A stretch of 64,000 bases of DNA, taken from the IMG/VR virus record IMGVR_UViG_3300035505_000652; one strand, 5' to 3'. This document shows, one piece after another, positions 59,701 through 64,000 of this stretch. The notes beneath the pieces were generated by a model that saw only the letters and a program-made list of their open reading frames with translations, did no database searches and was not told the DNA's origin. The DNA is from an uncultured virus (IMG/VR IMGVR_UViG_3300035505_000652). Taxonomy: Duplodnaviria > Heunggongvirae > Uroviricota > Caudoviricetes. The first letter of the stretch is position 1; every line of letters starts with the position of its first letter. Made by a program: the position numbers and the translations under genes.

Positions 59701-60811
59701 CAAATTAAAGTTCTACTTGAATTATGGCAGCAAGATGGGATTCCAGATTTTACCGCCATCTATAAACCAGTCAGATGTAAACTTCACATTAAGTGAGGAT
59801 GCTAACAGCATTATTTTTGGTTTAAGCGGAATTAAGTGCGTGGGCAAGATTTCCAAGAATATCATCCTTGAAAGAAAGGAAAGAGGTTTGTTTACGACAT
59901 ACCAAAACTTCCTTGAAAGAATGATTAAGTATCAGGGAATTAATAAGAAGGCAGTTGAGGCATTAATCAAGGTTGGAGCTTTGGATTGTTTCGGAGGTTC
60001 AAGAAAGAGCAAGATGGATTATCTTGATACTTTTATAGCCTTGGTAAAATCCGACAAATCAATTGCAATGCCTGGTCAGGAGACGATTTACGAGCTTGCA
60101 GAAGAGACGCTTGAAGCTGAGAATGTAAAGCTTCTTAAAAATATAGAAATCCCAAACGAGGATGTCGAATATGAAAAAGGTCAATTCCTTGATTTCGAAT
60201 ACGAGTTTGCTAGTTTCTATATTACAGAGCATCCTCTTGATGAATACAAAGCTGTAATCACTCTTAATAAGTGTGAGGATATAGCAACAATACTTGACAA
60301 GGGTGAAAGCCTTAATGCAAATGAGGAATTTGAAAGCCAGATTTCAGGTATTATAACAAGCGCGCAAAAACGCTATGGAAGGAACAACAAGCCATTCATG
60401 ACATTTACTATAGATGATGCATCTGGTTCAATGGGCGGCGTGGCTTGGAATAATGTGCTTGAAATGGATGAAAGTGCATTTGAAGAAGGTACAAAGGTTA
60501 TCCTTTCTGGAAGGATTTCCAAAAATGATTTTGGAACACAAATTGCAGTTTCAGATGTAACAAAGCTTGAGTCTTTAAATAACAGCCATATTACATTGGA
60601 ATTATATGCGTTTGAAGATTCGAATCTTGTAGCAGCTCAATGGTACAAAATTTATGACCTTTGCAACAGTGTGCCTGAAGGTCCAATGCATATTTCATTT
60701 ATCAAGGATAATACAGCATTTCCTATGAAATCATGTCCTTGGAGCATAGACTTATATACAAAGCTTCGAGATATATGCACTGAGAAGAATATTAAATATT
60801 CTGTTCGATAA
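56732..60811 (+). CDS. dnaE: DNA polymerase III alpha subunit (DnaE)
   Basis: PHP domain (LHTHTEYSILDGA, AITDHG, HLILLAKN, TTDAHY), GPGRGSGAGS, PDIDVD, LLKMDFLGL, AFNKSHA and a C-terminal OB fold. AAAGGAG RBS. Confidence 0.95.
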   Translation: MKITLNNEKLLENIRKELDEANANVKNPNEFLTCRKEGDTINVYLNVNNNKVMSFPAKYAPCFNYKDTFVGKIDFEKDALQIVTFADLHTHTEYSILDGANRIKDLSKKYAYYGAITDHGVMYGVVDFYKKMHDQHKHPIIGFEAYTDSWEAFTMLPLDETSADEKLKLTKVNKDCKYHLILLAKNETGYKNLVKLCSFGQSHKGGAYTQRPKVYYEELLAHKEGIVVLSACIAGELPTLLAYGKYDEARKMVAFFKENFGDDYYLEIQRHAYSKSEFESKYIEKLSLELGLPITYDEVEKAYLQVLDGTMTKKDFKARYTKKIYDEMELVVKEDRTNKGIEQLAKEFDVKVVATTDAHYLNEDDAYMHDALLCNQVGKKITDTERFQFNGKGYYVHTVEEMEQLYNDKPEVLINTLEVAEKCVFDFKFGEYKLPKFPIPAGYTDKEYLRKLAYDGFEERFKWLPTKKKEEYKARLEFELSVIFKMGYQGYFFIVWDYIRYAKQNGIYVGPGRGSGAGSIVLYCLHITENLDPIKYELLFERFLNPDRISMPDIDVDFEFELRENVISYCKQKYGEECVSRIITFGTMAAKAAVADMCRVLDYPIELGTKIKKLIPNDVGMTIKKAMLENQELTDLYNSDPQAKEVIDLSIKVEGLKKNTSVHACGVVISDADITNYCPQTFTKDDDTGEYIRTTQFTMGECEEIGLLKMDFLGLRTESVIKEAINDIKAHYGVSINHYDTTSLPLNDVYVYANVLATGKTVGVFQLESSGITSTIMQLYQDIPAKVKAIDSSNVLTEEAKQKQREELGDQCFERLIAGISLYRPGPMDEIPNYINGMLDEKNIHYDCKQLEPILKNTYGVIVYQEQVMLIVRALAGFTPGQSDTIRKAMGKKKQEILDEYKPYFINGSGNDIDPHTGKPYGIVGCKANGINEIVANTIWSKMESFAKYAFNKSHAAAYAVVAIQTAWLAYYYPIIFLKANLNVYKGNHDKLKFYLNYGSKMGFQILPPSINQSDVNFTLSEDANSIIFGLSGIKCVGKISKNIILERKERGLFTTYQNFLERMIKYQGINKKAVEALIKVGALDCFGGSRKSKMDYLDTFIALVKSDKSIAMPGQETIYELAEETLEAENVKLLKNIEIPNEDVEYEKGQFLDFEYEFASFYITEHPLDEYKAVITLNKCEDIATILDKGESLNANEEFESQISGIITSAQKRYGRNNKPFMTFTIDDASGSMGGVAWNNVLEMDESAFEEGTKVILSGRISKNDFGTQIAVSDVTKLESLNNSHITLELYAFEDSNLVAAQWYKIYDLCNSVPEGPMHISFIKDNTAFPMKSCPWSIDLYTKLRDICTEKNIKYSVR

Positions 60812-61003
60812 ATTAAAGCACCCTTTCCTATTGGATGGGGTGTCTTTTATTTTGTAAGTGATTTGGAATGTGAATTTAAATGATTGTTAAAAAATATAAC
60901 AAAAGCATCTTATAATATTCAAAATTATTTAAACATAATGCCTCTTGAAGCTTATCAATAATAAACTTTATTTAAATATGTAAGATTTCCATGGTTTTAT
61001 ATT

Positions 61004-61029
61004 ATAAATTCTCATCCATGAGAATTTAT
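61004..61029 (+). repeat. Dispersed hairpin repeat, long type
   Basis: ATAAATTCTCA-TCCA-TGAGAATTTAT. The ~40-bp left flank closely matches that of the 35925 copy. Confidence 0.85.
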
Positions 61030-61156
61030 CTTTTAAATAAGGTATCCTTTGTTTCTTTTATTCCATTGGTGAGTAAAGAGATGAATAATAAAAAGAAGAA
61101 AACTCTAAATTATAAAGAAAACTTATCAAAGCCTTATTTTTGTTTTTATATCTTTT

Positions 61157-61182
61157 ATAAATTCACATCCTTGTGAATTTGC
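61157..61182 (+). repeat. Dispersed hairpin repeat, long type
   Basis: ATAAATTCACA-TCCT-TGTGAATTTGC. Confidence 0.8.
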
Positions 61183-61276
61183 CTATTAAGATGAAATATA
61201 TTGGACTTTATTAATTTAAAATTATAAAATATTCTTTAATTCCAAGGCATAAAATATAAGGAAATGGAGGGATTGT

Positions 61277-61804
61277 ATGATGCTTAAAAAAAACAAACGA
61301 ATTGAAACAAAATTTAAACCCATAAACGACCAATTAACTTTAAAAAATAGGCTTTTATTGGAAATTAATCCATTAAGAGATGCTATTAAAATAAACTTGT
61401 ATATGATGTATCCATACTTCCAATTTATTGAAGATGGAAATTATAAAAATTTTATCAAACAATGTTATAGTGATTTTTTGCATTATCTTGATACCGGAGA
61501 ATATACAGAAGAACAAAAAAAACAAAAAGATTATAAGGAAAAATGTTCGTATGAATCATGCATATATACTGATATTAGAATCCCTCCACAATACAAAGCA
61601 TTCATTGGCACAACTTGCAATAGCATTTTATTAATTCCCAAAATTCCAATACCATTATCCAAAAAGAAAGAAATTACAAACAAATTAGTTGAAATTTCAA
61701 TAGCTTTCTCAAAATGTCAAGATGATAATAAAAATAAAAATTATAAAAGAATGATATCGCCAACAGATGTAAAAAAAATGTATGAAGATATTATTAATAA
61801 TTGA
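61277..61804 (+). CDS. Hypothetical protein
   Basis: GGAGGG RBS, 175 aa, hairpin after the stop. Confidence 0.65.
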   Translation: MMLKKNKRIETKFKPINDQLTLKNRLLLEINPLRDAIKINLYMMYPYFQFIEDGNYKNFIKQCYSDFLHYLDTGEYTEEQKKQKDYKEKCSYESCIYTDIRIPPQYKAFIGTTCNSILLIPKIPIPLSKKKEITNKLVEISIAFSKCQDDNKNKNYKRMISPTDVKKMYEDIINN

Positions 61805-61955
61805 TTTTCTAAAGCCCAGCTTATTTAAGCATGGGCTTTCCTATTTTTTAATGGTGTTTTAAATTGAAGATTGGATTATTAAATTTTATATTAAAAGAGT
61901 TAAAAGCATATAATAATATGATTAAAAAGCACAAGTGTTGAAGGGATTGATTTTT

Positions 61956-62207
61956 ATGATTTATGAAGTTAGAAAAGAACCACATTCAGATATGCAGATA
62001 AGGGAATTTTTAGCAAAATATGGGTTGGAGGATGCTTGGGTTTGGATAAGGACAAATATCCTTGGACAACCTATAACATTTATAAGTGCCTTGATGGTTT
62101 GCTTGATATTGTTTTTAATTGCCAGAAAGTGTGACAGTTTATTCATGCAGATATTATGTGGTTTTGCTTTTTTCTTTTTGCTTATAGCAAAAGTATTTAT
62201 CGTTTGA
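61956..62207 (+). CDS. Small membrane protein (paralog 1)
   Basis: MIYEVRK start, two hydrophobic helices, similar to the next ORF. Confidence 0.65.
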   Translation: MIYEVRKEPHSDMQIREFLAKYGLEDAWVWIRTNILGQPITFISALMVCLILFLIARKCDSLFMQILCGFAFFFLLIAKVFIV

Positions 62208-62225
62208 TTTAAAGGGGGAATTTTT

Positions 62226-62477
62226 ATGAATAGAAGTTGGCAAAATTCTTTAAGGAATATTAATTTGAAGGAAACATTTGAAAGTTGGGGATTGGGAGGC
62301 TTTTATGAATTTATGAGAAGCCAAATCATAATGAACAACATGAGGTTTATGTGTATATGCGCATTCCTATTTATTATGGTATTTATGGGGTTCTACTTGG
62401 ACAGCACCCCGATAAAGATTATAGCTACAATCCTATTGTTATTTATGATATTCTTTCGATTTACAATTCTTTTCTAA
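62226..62477 (+). CDS. Small membrane protein (paralog 2)
   Basis: AAGGGGG RBS, two hydrophobic helices. Terminator AAGAACCTCT-AAAAA-AGAGGTTCTT follows. Confidence 0.7.
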   Translation: MNRSWQNSLRNINLKETFESWGLGGFYEFMRSQIIMNNMRFMCICAFLFIMVFMGFYLDSTPIKIIATILLLFMIFFRFTILF

Positions 62478-62565
62478 AACAAGAAGAACCTCTAAAAAAG
62501 AGGTTCTTTGTTTTATTTTTAAAATCTTAAGTATATTCTATTTTTATCCAAACATATCTTAAAAC

Positions 62566-62608
62566 AAAAAAAATGCACAAGACAAGCCCATACGTCAAGT
62601 CCTGCACA
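62566..62608 (-). terminator. Intrinsic terminator of predicted ncRNA
   Basis: Minus strand TGTGCAGGAC...GTCTTGTGCA-TTTTTTTT. The stem works with G-U pairs only on this strand. Confidence 0.7.
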
Positions 62609-63075
62609 CCTTATAATATATCTGCGAATTTTTATAAATGTCATTGGGAAATAAACACTCATTTGATGGATGTAAAGGTTTTGGTTATTTTGCTTTAGTG
62701 TGTTAAAAGTATGTCTTTTGTAATGCTGCTTGGAAATTCTTGGGGGGTGTTCATCTCCAAACCTTATCTTTAGTAAAGCTCATCTTTTGTAAAATTTATC
62801 TTTAGCGAAACCGCATATTGTGAAATATGCAGCAGTTTTGTCTTTTGTAAGCAAGATTTCTTTCGTGTACAAAATGTTTAATTCTTCATTTGTAAAAAGA
62901 TTATCATTTGTAAGTTGTCTTTGGTATGTTTAAAATCTTAAATTATCTTTAGTAAGTCCCATACTTTTTGGGAAATTTGTCTTTTGTATAAACCAACCTT
63001 TGTATTTTTTCAATTCCATTAAATGTCATTTGAATTTATCTGTTGCATTTTGATAGTCCATCAAACGGTGTCTAT
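62566..63075 (-). ncRNA. Predicted ~510-nt non-coding RNA with 11-12 copies of UAC(A/U)AA(A/U)GA(C/U)A
   Basis: Promoter, 5'/3' closing stem, internal hairpins, U8 terminator, no ORF >=60 aa (see findings). Confidence 0.6.
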
Positions 63076-63081
63076 GTATAT

Positions 63082-63110
63082 ATTATATTATATGATGGGA
63101 TATTTTACAA
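63082..63110 (-). promoter_or_regulatory. sigmaA promoter of predicted ncRNA
   Basis: Minus strand TTGTAA(63110-05)-17 nt-TATAAT(63087-82). Confidence 0.7.
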
Positions 63111-63229
63111 TAGATTTACCCTATTTGTAATTTACATTTTTGCTAATTTAAAATAACAGTTTTTAGTTAGATAAAATCAATAAAAACTATTAAAAGGATG
63201 ACAATATGCCATCCTTTCACTTTTTTAAT

Positions 63230-63880
63230 TTAATATTCTTTTTGTTTCATAAATTTTACACTCAATTTATATGATACATAAATGATAATAAAGAATGCAG
63301 CCATTCCAAGAATGCCTCCCCATTTCATGAGGAAATCATTTAATTTCAAGATAATCTCAACTGTATGGTCAGACACATTTGTTACACTGTTTAAGAAATA
63401 TGTAAGGACGGCCGTTATACCCATTATAACCGCAATACATGACAAAAGCATAATCCTGCTCTTTTCGCCGCCATACTTGATTTGGAATGGGAGCATTATG
63501 CATTGGAACAACATCATGGACATGAATATTACCAAGGCTTGTACGACATATTCTACCAAATCCCCATTATATACAAATCCAAGGATAATCGTGGAAGCAA
63601 GCCATCCAACAAACGTGGTTATCGTGGCAAACAAATATTTTTCCTGAACATAAACCTTTCTATCCAAAGGCATTGTCAAGAAATATTCTATACAATTGTC
63701 ATATTCTTCCAATGACAATGAATTAAATCCCAACAAACAAAACACCATTGTTATATATGTCAATACCATCACTATGGAATCTGGCTTTACAAATCCATAA
63801 AAAAACATACAAACCAATGGGAACATAAGCTTTTTGCTTCTAAGCATCAATCTAAAATCCTTATAAATTAATTCCTTCAC
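63230..63880 (-). CDS. ABC-2 type transporter permease
   Basis: MKELIYKDF, YFLTMPLDRKVYVQEKYLF and LPFQIKYG motifs, six TMs. Followed by a hairpin at about 63193-63217. Confidence 0.85.
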   Translation of the reverse strand: MKELIYKDFRLMLRSKKLMFPLVCMFFYGFVKPDSIVMVLTYITMVFCLLGFNSLSLEEYDNCIEYFLTMPLDRKVYVQEKYLFATITTFVGWLASTIILGFVYNGDLVEYVVQALVIFMSMMLFQCIMLPFQIKYGGEKSRIMLLSCIAVIMGITAVLTYFLNSVTNVSDHTVEIILKLNDFLMKWGGILGMAAFFIIIYVSYKLSVKFMKQKEY

Positions 63881-64000
63881 CCTTATCCCCCCTCATAACT
63901 ACTTCAATCATATCATCAATATCAAAATTGCTTCTTATATATGGAAGGTAAGCATCTTTCTTTTTGATTATCAATGAATAAAAATCATCATCCTTCAATT
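63861..64000 (-). CDS. C-terminal fragment of probable ABC transporter ATP-binding protein (5'-truncated)
   Basis: Open frame LKDDDFYSLIIKKKDAYLPYIRSNFDIDDMIEVVMRGDKGEGINL* overlaps the permease start. Identity inferred from context. Confidence 0.55.
   Translation of the reverse strand, partial: LKDDDFYSLIIKKKDAYLPYIRSNFDIDDMIEVVMRGDKGEGINL

Noticed and set aside
56732..60811. Intein in DnaE
   Set aside because: The AFNKSH region is uninterrupted and the inserts lack intein terminal motifs.
35925..61182. Dispersed hairpins as ordinary terminators or Rex/CRP boxes
   Set aside because: Neighbouring genes already have their own terminators, the hairpins lack U-tracts, half-site order is the reverse of Rex/CRP sites, and several lie between convergent genes.
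62700..63010. CRISPR array or type III antitoxin (ToxI) array
   Set aside because: Repeats are only ~11 nt, degenerate and irregularly spaced. No cas gene or adjacent toxN-like gene.
62566..63075. tmRNA, RNase P RNA or 6S RNA
   Set aside because: No tRNA-like GGGG...CCA ends, no GAGGAAAGUCC motif, and too long for 6S. Judged by eye; Rfam was not run.
61956..63075. Type I toxin-antitoxin pair (small membrane ORFs plus convergent RNA)
   Set aside because: The transcripts have separate terminators about 55 bp apart and do not overlap; no complementarity was noticed.

Overview
AT-rich DNA with Firmicutes/Clostridia-type ribosome-binding sites, sigmaA promoters and a sortase signal. It reads best as part of a very large extrachromosomal element (megaplasmid or secondary replicon). 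(1) Bases 1-28000 hold one minus-strand ORF of at least 9,333 codons that runs off the left edge and is missing from the ORF track: signal peptide, about 5,300 aa of unique sequence, then at least 23 SdrD-B-like repeats. (2) A 3.4-kb non-coding region with a 38-bp direct repeat precedes a plasmid-type rep gene whose long leader is overlapped by a predicted antisense RNA. (3) Cargo includes a sortase-anchored CnaB/SpaA-repeat protein, an M50 protease, a HAD nucleotidase, a lipoprotein, a NucS-like nuclease, an AI-2E transporter, an ABC permease and a full-length DnaE. (4) A secA/secY/secE cluster sits outside any ribosomal-protein or nusG context; its SecA carries a class-3 (Ala1, WCT) intein in the Walker A loop, next to an orphan MazF and a Gly/Pro/His-rich peptide. 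Two non-coding signals are not explained by the genes. One is a ~510-nt predicted RNA (promoter, closing stem, terminator) carrying 11-12 copies of an 11-nt motif. The other is a dispersed intergenic family of covarying hairpins, often in inverted pairs. All calls come from reading the sequence by eye; no searches were run.
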